A stretch of DNA of 62,267 nt, the filler included. It is 5 parts of 5 records of this genome, joined end to end, with 100 filler letters (N's around TTAATTAATTAA, not from the genome) between each part and the next. Parts side by side here need not be neighbours in the genome. Positions count along the whole stretch, not along the records: positions 1 to 11,922 come from SRR31156797_801; 4 more parts are not named here. The stretch is one strand, 5' to 3'. Both the position numbers and the translations under genes were made by a program. The number at the start of each line of letters is the position of its first letter. Position 1 is the stretch's first letter. Shown here piece after piece: positions 1 to 10,907 of this stretch. Below the pieces are notes generated by a model that ran no database searches, was not told the DNA's origin, and was given only the letters and a program-made list of their open reading frames with translations.

Positions 1-1
1 T

Positions 2-2263
2 CCCCGCATGATCCATCCCATGCTGGTTCTGGAACAAAACCTCATGACCGCGGTCGAGGACAGCATGCTCAAAGGACGGATCGTCGGTTTGTTCGCCGTA
101 AAGGGAGAGCCGACAGGGGAAACTCCAAAAGGCATGGACGAGTTGCATGACGTCGGCATGGCGGCCTATATCCTGAAAATGTCCAAGGGAGAAGACGGCG
201 CCATGAGAGTCCTCACCCAGGGAATCAACAGGATCAAACTTCTCGAGCTCGTTGGGACTTCTCCCTATCTCTCGGGACGCGTGGAAACAATTCCGGAAGC
301 CGTTGAATTCGACAAGGAAACCGAGGCGCTCATGGCCGGAGTGCGAGGGTTATTTTCCAAAATGCTAGAAATGTCCCCCAGTCTGCCGGATGAACTGAAA
401 ATCATGAACCAGAATCTCACCGAGCCCGCTCTTCTCGCCGATATGATAATCTCCGCGGTCAATTTGCGAAAAGAGGAAAAACAGGACCTTCTGGCCACAC
501 TGGATATAAAGAAACGGCTTGAAAAGGTCATGGCCATGCTGGAACGCCAGTTGGACATTCTCGAGTTGGGCTCCAAAATACAGTCCGAAGTGAAAGGCAA
601 AATAGAAAAAAGCCAGCGAGACTACTACCTGCGGGAACAAATGAAGGCTATTCAGGCCGAACTGGGCGAGCAGGATGACAACCAATATGAATTAGAAGAT
701 CTGGCCCAGAGTCTTGACCAGAAAGACCTTCCTGAAGAAGCCCGTGAATCCGCGGAAAAGGAACTCTCGCGTCTCAAGCGCATGAATCCTTCTTCCGCCG
801 AATACACCGTTTCCAGAACTTACCTGGACTGGTTTCTGGACCTGCCCTGGGGCGAAGACACCCCGGACAACGACAATATTGAAGACGCGCAGAAAATTCT
901 GGACGAAGACCATTTCGGATTGGAAAAGGTTAAAAAAAGGATTATCGAGTATCTTGCCGTCCGCAAGCTCAAGCCGGACATGAAGGGGCCCATTCTGTGC
1001 TTTGCCGGCCCTCCAGGTACGGGAAAGACATCCCTGGGTCGATCCATCGCCCGCGCCCTGGGCCGGAATTTTATTCGCATAAGCCTGGGCGGCGTGAGGG
1101 ATGAAGCCGAAATCCGCGGCCACCGGCGAACCTATGTCGGCGCCTTGCCCGGCCGCATAATTCAGGGCCTTAAAAAAGCAGGCTCCGGAAATCCGGTGTT
1201 CATGCTGGATGAAATAGACAAGCTTGGCGCCGATTTCAGGGGCGATCCCTCGTCAGCTCTGCTGGAAGTTCTCGACCCTGAACAAAACTTCTCCTTTTCG
1301 GATCACTATCTGGAAGTGTCTTACGATCTCTCCAGAGTCATGTTCATTGCCACGGCCAATGTCCTGGACACCATACCCGGCCCATTGAGAGACAGGATGG
1401 AGATCATAAATCTTTCCGGTTACCCCCTGGAAGACAAACTCAAGATCGCCCGAAAATACCTCATTCCCCGCCAGCGCCAGGCCAACGGATTAAGGGCCGG
1501 GGAAATAGATATCAGGCAAAGCGCGGTCAGGCATATTGCATCCAATTACACCCGGGAAGCCGGTTTGAGAAACCTCGAACGCGAAATCGGAAGCGTCTGT
1601 CGATCCGTGGCCACTGAAGTGGCCAAAGGCAAAAAAGAAAAAACAGTTATTACGCCCGAAAAGGTCGCAGAAATTCTGGGCCCCCCCAGGTTCGAAAATG
1701 AAGTGCGCTCGAGAATAGCCAAACCCGGAGTCGTCACCGGACTGGCCTGGACCCAAACCGGCGGAGATATACTGTTTATCGAAGCCCTGGCCATGCCCGG
1801 CAAGGGCGGCCTGCGGTTGACGGGGCAATTGGGCGATGTTATGAAAGAAAGCGCGGAATTGGCCCGTAGTTACGTCCGCGCCCGTTCCGATGAACTGGGG
1901 CTGGATGAAAACTATTTTGCGGACAATGAATTGCACATCCATGTGCCCGCCGGAGCGATCCCGAAGGATGGTCCTTCCGCCGGGGTTACCATGACTACGG
2001 CCCTCATGTCCCTGGTCACGAACCGACCGGTAAGGTCGGATATAGCCATGACCGGAGAAATAACCCTGCAAGGTCTGGTCCTGCCTGTTGGAGGCATCAA
2101 GGAAAAAGTTCTGGCCGCCAGACGAGCGGGAATCAAGCAGATTATTCTGCCGAAAAGAAATGAAAGGGATTTTGTGGATATTTCGGAAAATTTAAGAAAA
2201 GATATTAAAATTCACCCTGTATCGACCATTGATGAAGTCATTGATGCGGCTCTGAAGAAATAA
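2..2263 (+). CDS. lon: ATP-dependent Lon protease (5'-truncated at contig edge)
   Basis: Walker [24 protein letters not shown], Walker B FMLDEIDK and catalytic PKDGPSAG. The frame is open to the contig start. Confidence 0.97.
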   Translation, partial: PRMIHPMLVLEQNLMTAVEDSMLKGRIVGLFAVKGEPTGETPKGMDELHDVGMAAYILKMSKGEDGAMRVLTQGINRIKLLELVGTSPYLSGRVETIPEAVEFDKETEALMAGVRGLFSKMLEMSPSLPDELKIMNQNLTEPALLADMIISAVNLRKEEKQDLLATLDIKKRLEKVMAMLERQLDILELGSKIQSEVKGKIEKSQRDYYLREQMKAIQAELGEQDDNQYELEDLAQSLDQKDLPEEARESAEKELSRLKRMNPSSAEYTVSRTYLDWFLDLPWGEDTPDNDNIEDAQKILDEDHFGLEKVKKRIIEYLAVRKLKPDMKGPILCFAGPPGTGKTSLGRSIARALGRNFIRISLGGVRDEAEIRGHRRTYVGALPGRIIQGLKKAGSGNPVFMLDEIDKLGADFRGDPSSALLEVLDPEQNFSFSDHYLEVSYDLSRVMFIATANVLDTIPGPLRDRMEIINLSGYPLEDKLKIARKYLIPRQRQANGLRAGEIDIRQSAVRHIASNYTREAGLRNLEREIGSVCRSVATEVAKGKKEKTVITPEKVAEILGPPRFENEVRSRIAKPGVVTGLAWTQTGGDILFIEALAMPGKGGLRLTGQLGDVMKESAELARSYVRARSDELGLDENYFADNELHIHVPAGAIPKDGPSAGVTMTTALMSLVTNRPVRSDIAMTGEITLQGLVLPVGGIKEKVLAARRAGIKQIILPKRNERDFVDISENLRKDIKIHPVSTIDEVIDAALKK

Positions 2264-2265
2264 TT

Positions 2266-3117
2266 ATGAGCTTAATCGATCTTCACACGCACACCACCGC
2301 CTCGGACGGCTCCCTTACGCCGTCCGAGTTGTTGAAACTGGCCTATGAAAAAGGGCTGAAGGCCGTAGCTGTTACGGATCATGACACCCTGGCCGGTCTT
2401 CCGGAAGCAATCGAAGCAGGAAGGAAATTAGGAGTTGAACTGGTTCCCGGAGTTGAAATCAGCGCTCATTTCAAACCCGGAACCATGCATATGCTGGGAT
2501 ACGATCTTGATTTCAAGGATCCCGTATTAAACGAGACATTGAAAAAGCTGCAGCAGGGCAGGCGCACCCGCAACCCAAGAATTGTGGAAAAACTCAATTC
2601 CATGGGTATGGACATTTCCATGCGGGAAATAGAAGACCTGGCCGGCGACGGCCAGATAGGCCGGCCGCATTTTGCCCGTCTTATGGTCGATAAAGGCTAC
2701 GCCCACAGCGTTAACGACGCTTTTGACAGATTTTTGTCAAAGGGCCGGCCCGCCTATGTGGAAAAATTCAAGCTTACGCCCGTTGAAGCCATGGATATGA
2801 TCAGGCAGGCCGGAGGCGCGCCTGTTCTGGCTCATCCCTTCACTTTGAACATAGACAACGGTCGCCTGGAAGAAGTTTTGACCGATTTAAAATCAGCAGG
2901 CCTTGTCGGGCTTGAAGTATATTATTCCGAGCATAATGATGAAATGACCGAACGCTATCTGAAACTGGCCCGAAAGCTGGACCTGGCGCCCACCGGTGGA
3001 TCGGATTATCATGGGAATAATAAGGACGAAATTTCCATAGGCTCGGGGTGCGGCAATTTAGCCTTGCCATACCAATTATTGGTGGATTTAAGGAAAAAAA
3101 GAAAGGAAGTCGGATGA
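2266..3117 (+). CDS. PHP-domain phosphoesterase (TrpH/YciV-like)
   Basis: DLHTHT-SDG, TDHD, GRPH, AHP and GGSDYHG motifs. Confidence 0.9.
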   Translation: MSLIDLHTHTTASDGSLTPSELLKLAYEKGLKAVAVTDHDTLAGLPEAIEAGRKLGVELVPGVEISAHFKPGTMHMLGYDLDFKDPVLNETLKKLQQGRRTRNPRIVEKLNSMGMDISMREIEDLAGDGQIGRPHFARLMVDKGYAHSVNDAFDRFLSKGRPAYVEKFKLTPVEAMDMIRQAGGAPVLAHPFTLNIDNGRLEEVLTDLKSAGLVGLEVYYSEHNDEMTERYLKLARKLDLAPTGGSDYHGNNKDEISIGSGCGNLALPYQLLVDLRKKRKEVG

Positions 3118-3683
3118 CAAAAGTTTTTGGATTGTATTTCAGCCCCCGTGAAGGCGGCAATTCAGATTTATTGTTGGACAGGTTTCTGGAAGGCGTCCGG
3201 GATTCGGGCGGGTCGTTCCAGGCGCTTTACGCGCGCGACCTGGACATCCAGGGGTGCGTCGAATGCGGGGCCTGCGACGAAACCGGCGAATGCGTCCTTG
3301 AAGATGATATGGATGATGTCTACCCGCTTCTGGCCGAAACGGAACTTATCGTTGTCTCTTCTCCGATATTCTTTTACGGAGTCCCTGCCCAGGGTAAAGC
3401 CCTCGTGGACCGGAGCCAGGCCCTCTGGAACCGCATGCGCCTGGAACCGGACCTCAAACGAAAGAACGGCAAGGGATTCTTTCTGGGAGTTGGAGCAACC
3501 AAGGGGCAGAACCTCTTTGAAGGGACTATCCTTTGCATTAAGTATTTTTATGACGCCATCGGGCTGCCCTTGACCATGGATTCCCTTACTTATCGCCTGG
3601 TCGAAGCCAAGGGGGCCATAGAACAGCACCCGACCGCTCTGCAGGAGGCGTACGAAGCCGGCCGGTCGTTTGCCGCTAAATAA
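3114..3683 (+). CDS. Iron-sulfur flavoprotein / flavodoxin (NADPH-dependent FMN reductase family)
   Basis: SPREGGNS FMN loop and CVECGACDETGEC cluster motif. ATG at 3114 overlaps the upstream stop (ATGA). Confidence 0.85.
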   Translation: MTKVFGLYFSPREGGNSDLLLDRFLEGVRDSGGSFQALYARDLDIQGCVECGACDETGECVLEDDMDDVYPLLAETELIVVSSPIFFYGVPAQGKALVDRSQALWNRMRLEPDLKRKNGKGFFLGVGATKGQNLFEGTILCIKYFYDAIGLPLTMDSLTYRLVEAKGAIEQHPTALQEAYEAGRSFAAK

Positions 3684-3717
3684 TACTTTTTTCCGGTTTG
3701 GACCGAAAGCAATATAA

Positions 3718-4497
3718 ATGGAGATAATTTTTCTGGGCACAGGCACGGGCGCCCCGTCCGCACGAAGGGCCGCGCCCGCCGTACTGGTCGCGGCCGGCGG
3801 ATATACAATACTTGTGGACAGCGGGGCCGGAACTCTTCGCCAGTTAGCCAAGGCCGGAAAGTCATACAACGACCTGGATATTATTCTCTATACCCACTTC
3901 CATCCCGATCATGTCGGCGATCTTGTTCCCTACCTTTTCGCTACCAAATACATGCCGGGATTCACTCGAAACGATCCGGTTCAAATATGGGGGCCGACCG
4001 GACTTGCCGATCTGTATTCCAACCTTAAGAAAGCCTTTGGTCACTGGATCGAGCCGCCTGATGAAAAAGTTGTTTTTAATGAACTACCTATCGGCGTCCG
4101 AAATTTAACGGAATTGGATAGTATTAACCTGGTAAGCGGCCCCGTCCATCATACTCCCCATAGCCTGGGATACCGTCTGACGGAAACCAACGCCGCCGAA
4201 TACGCGAAAACCACGGTCGCAATTACCGGAGATACCGACTATGGTCCGGATCTGGTTGAACTGGCCAGGGATGTTGATCTGCTTATAACCGAATGTTCCT
4301 TCCCTGAAGGGAAAAAAGTTGAAGGCCATCTTACACCGTCCCTGGCCGGGCGGGTCGCAAGGGAAGGAGGCGCCAGGACCCTGGTCCTTACCCATTTTTA
4401 TCCCGAAACGGATGATGCTGAAATCATGGCCCACGTCATGTCCGAATATGATGGAAATATTACTCTTGCGGAAGATTTTCTTGAAATAACTCTTTAA
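3718..4497 (+). CDS. Metallo-beta-lactamase-fold hydrolase, RNase Z/ElaC-like
   Basis: FLGTG, THFHPDH, TGDT, GHLT and LTHFY motifs. Confidence 0.85.
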   Translation: MEIIFLGTGTGAPSARRAAPAVLVAAGGYTILVDSGAGTLRQLAKAGKSYNDLDIILYTHFHPDHVGDLVPYLFATKYMPGFTRNDPVQIWGPTGLADLYSNLKKAFGHWIEPPDEKVVFNELPIGVRNLTELDSINLVSGPVHHTPHSLGYRLTETNAAEYAKTTVAITGDTDYGPDLVELARDVDLLITECSFPEGKKVEGHLTPSLAGRVAREGGARTLVLTHFYPETDDAEIMAHVMSEYDGNITLAEDFLEITL

Positions 4498-4620
4498 AGT
4501 CTTGGAGTGTGGGAACAAGACTAATAAAAGATCGTCGGCCAATATCAATTTACCCCTAATTTTGTTGTCTTTTTTCAATAATTCTTCACATCTGTACGAT
4601 TGTCTTGTAAAAATAAGTAG

Positions 4621-4649
4621 TTGACACAAATTTTACATGGATGTACCCT
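4621..4649 (+). promoter_or_regulatory. Putative sigma70 promoter of the kinase pair
   Basis: TTGACA (4621-4626), 17-nt spacer, TACCCT (4644-4649) in an AT-rich intergenic region. The same -35/-10 pair precedes the SDR operon in contig 3. Confidence 0.5.
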
Positions 4650-4715
4650 ATAAGTCGGTCAATTATTTTAAAAACCGATAATCATGGGATTTAATTTCAT
4701 GTTGAGAGGCCGAGT

Positions 4716-6233
4716 ATGAAGGTTGCCTTAAAACTGATTGCAGGGCCGGAAGCAGGCAAAATATTTCAATTTAATGAACCTGACACCTTTCTGGTCGGCA
4801 GGACCAAAAAGGCTCATCTGCGGTTCGACCTTAAAGCCGATCGGTTAATATCGCGCACCCATTTCTTACTTGTCATTCGCCCCCCTCGATGTATCATCAC
4901 CGATCTGGGGAGTAAAAACGGAACATATCTGAACGGCGAGACGGTTAAACAGTGCGAAGTCAATGACGGCGACGAAATCCGTGTGGGAAAAACAAGAATT
5001 AAAGTTGAAATAGACTGGGATTGGCAGGAAAAGCAGTTAAGCGGCGCCGAACCGGCCGATGATGAAGTTGAAGAACAACAGCCCCCCATTGAACCGGCAG
5101 CCGCGGAAGCCGTTCCGCCTGTGTGCGAACCGGAGGTTGAAGATAAAAAAGAACAGTTGGCGGAAACAGGGACCGCTGAAACTCCCTACCGGTTTAACTG
5201 TATGATGTGCGGTCAGGATCTGACCGATTCGGCCGATTCCGACGGCCTGGCCCTGGCCTTGAGCAACTCGTTTTATTTATGCGATTCCTGCACCGCCAAA
5301 TCAAAAAGGCCCAGTTCCATCCCGGAACATATTTGTGGATATAAAATAATAAGCGAGATCGGAAAGGGCGGGATGGGGCTCGTTTACAAGGCTGTACAGG
5401 AAGAAACCAGGAGAATATGCGCCGTTAAAATGATCCTGCCGGAAATGATCCGGAGTGAATACGCCAGCAAGGTTTTCGAGCGGGAAATTGAAATTCAATC
5501 TAAAGTCCTTCATCCAAACCTTGTCCGGGTTCTGGATCAAGGCCGGCATAATAACGTCCCGTTTTTCGTCACCGAATTCCTGCCGGGCGGGGACGTAAAA
5601 AATCTTGTTGTCTGGGAATGCCAGGGGCCGGTCGAGGCCTCGCTGGCATGCAACATTGCTATCCAGATCCTGGCCGGATTACAGGCGCTCCATGACAACG
5701 GCTTTATCCACCGCGACCTTAAACCGTCCAACTGTCTTCTGGACCGCAAACATGACGAAGACGGGCTGGTCGTGAAGATCGCCGACTACGGTTTGGCCAA
5801 GTCATTTGAAGACGCGGGGAATTCGATTTTTGAATACACCAAGGAAGGCATTGCCGCCGGCAGTTATGTCTTCATTCCTCCGGAGCAAATAACCAATTAT
5901 AAATTTGTGAAGCCGCCGGTTGATGTATACGCGGTCGGGGCCAGCCTTTATTATATGCTCACAGCCAAGTATTCAGTCGATTTTCCCAATCAATCAGCCC
6001 AGGACGACCAGGCGCCTTCCGCAGGAAAAAGCAGGCACCCGCTTCAGATAGTCCTTGAGGACCCGCCGGTGCCGATACTGGAGAGAAAACCGGATATACC
6101 TGAATCTCTGGCCTCGGTTGTGGACAAGGCCGTTACCAAGGAAGTTGAACTGCGCTTTCAGAGCGCCCGGGAATTTCGAAAGGAACTTGAAAGCGTAGCC
6201 GTGAAAGAAGGATGGCTGCAGTTGTCGGCTTAG
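4716..6233 (+). CDS. FHA-domain Hanks-type Ser/Thr protein kinase
   Basis: FHA (VGR..ISRTH..SKNGT), acidic linker, CxxC...CxxC, then kinase motifs GKGGMG, AVK, HRDLKPSN, DYG and PPE. Confidence 0.92.
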   Translation: MKVALKLIAGPEAGKIFQFNEPDTFLVGRTKKAHLRFDLKADRLISRTHFLLVIRPPRCIITDLGSKNGTYLNGETVKQCEVNDGDEIRVGKTRIKVEIDWDWQEKQLSGAEPADDEVEEQQPPIEPAAAEAVPPVCEPEVEDKKEQLAETGTAETPYRFNCMMCGQDLTDSADSDGLALALSNSFYLCDSCTAKSKRPSSIPEHICGYKIISEIGKGGMGLVYKAVQEETRRICAVKMILPEMIRSEYASKVFEREIEIQSKVLHPNLVRVLDQGRHNNVPFFVTEFLPGGDVKNLVVWECQGPVEASLACNIAIQILAGLQALHDNGFIHRDLKPSNCLLDRKHDEDGLVVKIADYGLAKSFEDAGNSIFEYTKEGIAAGSYVFIPPEQITNYKFVKPPVDVYAVGASLYYMLTAKYSVDFPNQSAQDDQAPSAGKSRHPLQIVLEDPPVPILERKPDIPESLASVVDKAVTKEVELRFQSAREFRKELESVAVKEGWLQLSA

Positions 6234-6258
6234 ATGCCATATAGCGCAGGCGCAGTCC

Positions 6259-9200
6259 ATGGCCGAACAAAAGAACCTTAAACAGATAAAAACCGAAGTC
6301 AAGGACGCTCTTAAAAAGAAAGAGTGGGACAGGGGGATCGTTCTTTTACGGGAATGGTGCGCTCAAAAACCGGACGATGCAAGGGGATGGTACTATCTTG
6401 CTTATTTCCTGATGAAAATGGAACGTTTTCAGGAGGCAAAAGCCAATGCGGCCAGAGCCATTGAAATCGATCCGGATAACGAAGAAGCGTTAAAACTCAA
6501 TGCCCTCCTTAACAAACAGGCCGCCGCTAAAAGGCATGATCGAGCCGTTTCAAAAGGCGGACTATGGGACGATCAAAAACTGGTGCAGGGCCGTTATGAA
6601 GTTCGAGGCTCTAAAGAAGGCGGCATGGGTAAGGTCTACTTCGCCTATGACTACGATCTCGACCAGATGGTCGCCGTAAAAGCCCCCCTTCCATCCGCAC
6701 TTGAAACCGAAGACAAAAAAGCCCGCTTTTTCCGGGAGGCCGAGGCCTGGATGGGTTTGGGAATGCATCCCAACATTTGCACTGCTCATTACGTTCAGGA
6801 AATGGAAGGCATCCCCTGGCTGTTCATTGAATACGTTGACGGCGGAACTCTCCAGGACTGGCTTAAAAAGCAGGACCTGACCTTCAAAGACAGGCTCGAT
6901 ATAGCCATTCAGATAGCTTCCGGCATGAATCATACCCATACTTTCTTCTGGCGGGACGAAGACGGCGCCAATCACAGGGGCCTGGTTCATCGGGACCTGA
7001 AACCGGCCAACGTCCTTATGACAAGCGACGGTATAGCCAAGGTGACCGACTTCGGCCTTGTCGGGCTCGGAACCGCGGCTCCGGACCGCAAGGAGCTTTT
7101 TTACGAACAGGAAATGAACGGCGCTGCAACCGATACGACAAGAAAACTATCGGCCGGCAGCATTATTTGGGAAATCGCCTCGGACGTGCACTGGAAAACA
7201 ATTACCGTCTCCGGCGGCGCCCTGGGCACTCCTCCATACATGGCCCCCGAACAGTGGATGTCTTCTCATGTCGCGGGCTTTCCCGTGGATGTTTACGCAT
7301 TCGGATGCATTCTTTACGACATCTTTTGCGGCCGTCGTCCATTTGTCCTTGATGAAAAATATCGCCATGCCATGCCGGTTCACAAACTGTTCCAATGGGA
7401 GAAAATGCACCTTGAAGAGCAGCCGCCCGACCCATTGCAACTAACGACCGATCTTGATGAAGAGTTGGCCGAATTAATGCTCGCCTGCATGGAAAAGGAA
7501 GCGAGCGGAAGACCGGAAAATTTCGAAGCCATTACAGGTGTTCTCAAGTCCATATACAGCCGGGTTATGGATGAAGATTACCCGCGACCCGAACCAAGAT
7601 CCTCCAGGCTCGTGTCCGACTCTCTTAACAACCAGGGCGTTTCATACATGACCATAGGGCAGAATAAGAGGGCTGTTTTGGCCTGGCAGGAAGCCCTGAA
7701 AAACGATCCGCATCATATCGAGGCCACCTTCAATATGGCCGTGCTCGAATGGAATAACGGACTGATCGGTTTCGGGGAAGTTTTCCGGCGTATGGAAGAA
7801 GTGGGCAGAACCCACACTTCCATGTGGCGGCATAAACAGCTTGCCGGAATCATGTATCTTGCTTTCGGAGAATATACCAGGGCGGTTACTTACTTCCAAC
7901 AGGCCAATCGCCTGATACACCCCGGAATGAAGGAACTCAAGGATCTGGGCCTGGCCTTGTGCGCCGAAGCCGCTGCATCCAGAGACTCGGCTCACTGGAA
8001 GGATGCGGAAAAGTGCTTTCGAAAAATACTGGATTCCGATTATTCCGACAGCATTGTAATAACGGCTTACGCCCTCACCTTAAAACGCCAGGGGCGCAAG
8101 GATGAAGCTGTTCGTTATTACCTGACCGCCGCCGCGAAACTGGAAGATATGCCGGCCGGACTTGAAGAAGCCATACATAGATTTTTACCGGGCCAGGAAA
8201 TAATCGGAACCGTTGTTCATGCAGGCGGTGTGCATTATCTCGGATTCACCCGCAACGGCCGTTGCGCCCTCATTGGCGGCAGCAACAAAATAAGCACCTG
8301 GACTATCAAGCCTGGAGCCGAATTCAATTCTACAGGACCGGAAGAAGCTCAACCCGATCTCGACTCCATGAGCACGTGGGATATCATACTCGGCCAGTCC
8401 ATCAAAGAAAGATACCTTATGGGAGCTTCCGCCTTTTCCATGGATGTTTACCCGACCGGCGGCAAGGCGGCTACCGGAAACGGAGAAGGAGAAGTTCAGA
8501 TCTGGAAAATTTCCGACGGATCTTGCGAAAAAACAATGCACGGGCATATCGGACCCGTGCGTGCGGTCCGTTTCAGCAGAGACGGTCAATCGGTTCTTTC
8601 CGGTGGAGATGACGGCGTTGTCCGGCTCTGGGACACTGCCACAGGCGAATGCTTCCAAACCTATGAAGGCCATGAATCAGGAATCAGCGCTGTAATCCTG
8701 AGCCCTAACGGGCTTAATGCTGTTTCGGCGGGCGAAGATAACACCATCCGCCTGTGGGACGCCTATTCGGAAAAGTGCATCCAGATTTTCCAGGGACATA
8801 CCGGCAGAATCAACGCCATGGCTTACAGAAGGGACGGCAGGTACATCGCCTCCGCCGGCGACGACAGATCCGTCAGAATATGGGATATTCAAAACGGAAG
8901 ATGTCTGCGTCATTTTGAAGGCCGCGACGCAAAAATAAATTGCCTGAGCTTCAGTCCGGACGGTCGCTTTATAATATCAGGCGGCGACGATAAAACCGTA
9001 TGCATCTGGAATATCAAGGCTGATCGCCTCGAAAGAGTGTTTCGATTCGAAAACAGGGTGGAAGATTTGGCCATGAGTCGCGATTCCCAGTTCATTCTTG
9101 TCGTGCACGCCAGTCCCGATCTCCCGGATGCAAAAGACGTAAGTCTGGTGGAATTCCCGGTCGACAACAAAAACCTGTTGCCATATATGGTGACAATGCC

Positions 9201-10752
9201 CATATCGTCCACAATCGCGGACGAACGTGAAACGGAATTCATTTCCAGGATTGAAGAAGCAAAAAGCAGACTTCAGGAAGAAGATTATTCAAAAGTCCTG
9301 GTCGCACTAGGCCAGGCCCGCGACATACCCGGGTACGCCAGGGACGGCGAGGCGCTTCAATTATGGCGTGAATTAATACCCCGCTTCCCCACTCTCAGGC
9401 TAAGAACCGCATGGGAGTTGGAAACGCTGCAGGGACACGAAGGAGGAGTAAACTCCCTATCCGGGTTCATATCCGGCAGCCGGATACTTTCCGGCGGCGC
9501 CGACGGTTTTATCAGGCTTTGGGATATGAGATCCGGCATATGCGAGCGCTCCTTTTCCGGGGGCGGCGGCCCGATTAATTGTGCTGTCTTGCTTGCTGAC
9601 GGAAGGCAGGCCGTCACCAGCGGCGACGATGGCGCCATAAAACTTTGGGATATGGAAACCGGAGAAAGCTTCAGAGTTCTCATGGGACACGATGAACCGG
9701 TTATAGCCCTGGCCGTCAGCCCGGATGGAAGATATGCGATTTCATCAGCCGGGGATGGCAAGGCTCTGTTTTGGGACCTTGTCAGTTGCGTTATCATGAG
9801 GCCCATTGAAGGTCATACGGGCATGGTTACTGCCGCGGCTTTCAGTTCCGACGGAAAACTGGCGGCCACAGGCGGGGAAGATTCTACGGTCAGAATAATC
9901 GAGATGCAAAGCGGTAAATGCATCCGAATTCTGGAAGGGCACAGGAAGCCGGTTTCCGCCCTGTCCTTCAGCCCTGACAACAGGTTTATCATGTCCGGAT
10001 GCGAAGACGCGGTAGTGCGTCGCTGGGAGCTTGCCAACGAGACCCGCCACGAATCTTTCATGGGCCACTCCGATGCCGTAACCTCGGTCGATTTCTGTCC
10101 GGACGGCAGATACGCCCTCTCCGGCAGCGAAGATAAAACAATTCGTCTCTGGGACTTGAGGGACGGTAAATGCATCCGAATATTTGAAGGGCACGCAGCC
10201 GGCGTCTCCTCCGTTGTTTTCAGCCAGGACAGGCAAATGATAGTCACCGCAAGCCGCGACTCGTTTCTGAGACTCTGGCGGCTCGACTGGCAGCCCGATA
10301 TAAAGGACCAGACCCTGTGGGACCCGGGAGCCCTGCCTTACCTGGAAACATTCCTGGCGCTTCACACGCCTTATTCCGCCGGCAGCCTGGCCAGAAGCGG
10401 AAAACCAAAATGGGACGGCGAAGATTTCTCAAGACTGCTTAACGAGCTTAATAACCGCGGTTACGGCTGGCTCTTGCCCAGAGGTGTAAAAGCGGAATTA
10501 AAACAGACCGCGGAATTTCGAAAAAGTTTGAGCGAAATACTGGACTCTGTCATTGATAAGATAAAAAGAATCGACCTGCGGGCCCTTGTCCAAGGAGGAG
10601 TGAAAAAGGTTTTCTTCATCCTTCTAAGACTTGTCCCCGCCGCCTTGTGGACGGTTTTACTCATTAAAAACGATATGTTCGGCCTTTCTACATTCACGGC
10701 GGTCATCACTGTGCTTTTTTTCGCCCTGATCATGTTTCGAAAAAAGAAATAA
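6259..10752 (+). CDS. TPR / Ser-Thr kinase / TPR / WD40-repeat protein with C-terminal membrane anchor
   Basis: N-terminal TPR helices; kinase motifs VAVK, HRDLKPAN, DFG and GTPPYMAPE; further TPRs; two blocks of GH...WD repeats; two C-terminal hydrophobic segments ending RKKK. Confidence 0.92.
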   Translation: MAEQKNLKQIKTEVKDALKKKEWDRGIVLLREWCAQKPDDARGWYYLAYFLMKMERFQEAKANAARAIEIDPDNEEALKLNALLNKQAAAKRHDRAVSKGGLWDDQKLVQGRYEVRGSKEGGMGKVYFAYDYDLDQMVAVKAPLPSALETEDKKARFFREAEAWMGLGMHPNICTAHYVQEMEGIPWLFIEYVDGGTLQDWLKKQDLTFKDRLDIAIQIASGMNHTHTFFWRDEDGANHRGLVHRDLKPANVLMTSDGIAKVTDFGLVGLGTAAPDRKELFYEQEMNGAATDTTRKLSAGSIIWEIASDVHWKTITVSGGALGTPPYMAPEQWMSSHVAGFPVDVYAFGCILYDIFCGRRPFVLDEKYRHAMPVHKLFQWEKMHLEEQPPDPLQLTTDLDEELAELMLACMEKEASGRPENFEAITGVLKSIYSRVMDEDYPRPEPRSSRLVSDSLNNQGVSYMTIGQNKRAVLAWQEALKNDPHHIEATFNMAVLEWNNGLIGFGEVFRRMEEVGRTHTSMWRHKQLAGIMYLAFGEYTRAVTYFQQANRLIHPGMKELKDLGLALCAEAAASRDSAHWKDAEKCFRKILDSDYSDSIVITAYALTLKRQGRKDEAVRYYLTAAAKLEDMPAGLEEAIHRFLPGQEIIGTVVHAGGVHYLGFTRNGRCALIGGSNKISTWTIKPGAEFNSTGPEEAQPDLDSMSTWDIILGQSIKERYLMGASAFSMDVYPTGGKAATGNGEGEVQIWKISDGSCEKTMHGHIGPVRAVRFSRDGQSVLSGGDDGVVRLWDTATGECFQTYEGHESGISAVILSPNGLNAVSAGEDNTIRLWDAYSEKCIQIFQGHTGRINAMAYRRDGRYIASAGDDRSVRIWDIQNGRCLRHFEGRDAKINCLSFSPDGRFIISGGDDKTVCIWNIKADRLERVFRFENRVEDLAMSRDSQFILVVHASPDLPDAKDVSLVEFPVDNKNLLPYMVTMPISSTIADERETEFISRIEEAKSRLQEEDYSKVLVALGQARDIPGYARDGEALQLWRELIPRFPTLRLRTAWELETLQGHEGGVNSLSGFISGSRILSGGADGFIRLWDMRSGICERSFSGGGGPINCAVLLADGRQAVTSGDDGAIKLWDMETGESFRVLMGHDEPVIALAVSPDGRYAISSAGDGKALFWDLVSCVIMRPIEGHTGMVTAAAFSSDGKLAATGGEDSTVRIIEMQSGKCIRILEGHRKPVSALSFSPDNRFIMSGCEDAVVRRWELANETRHESFMGHSDAVTSVDFCPDGRYALSGSEDKTIRLWDLRDGKCIRIFEGHAAGVSSVVFSQDRQMIVTASRDSFLRLWRLDWQPDIKDQTLWDPGALPYLETFLALHTPYSAGSLARSGKPKWDGEDFSRLLNELNNRGYGWLLPRGVKAELKQTAEFRKSLSEILDSVIDKIKRIDLRALVQGGVKKVFFILLRLVPAALWTVLLIKNDMFGLSTFTAVITVLFFALIMFRKKK

Positions 10753-10907
10753 CCGCCGCAACCGGGTTCATTTCCTCTCTTCAAACCTGTAAAATTATGC
10801 TATTGATTCAAGTGGCTCTATAAGTTGAACTCAAGCGCGCATTTTTCAATCCTGCTTGCCGCTGGGGGCTTCAATCGATTTCGAAACCGGAAAAGGAAAC
10901 TGTAACC

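Noticed and set aside
8400-10290. Repetitive DNA in the large kinase gene as a CRISPR or tandem array
   Set aside because: The repeats are degenerate WD40 coding units in frame, with no identical repeat-spacer structure. I saw no CRISPR array or cas gene in the window.
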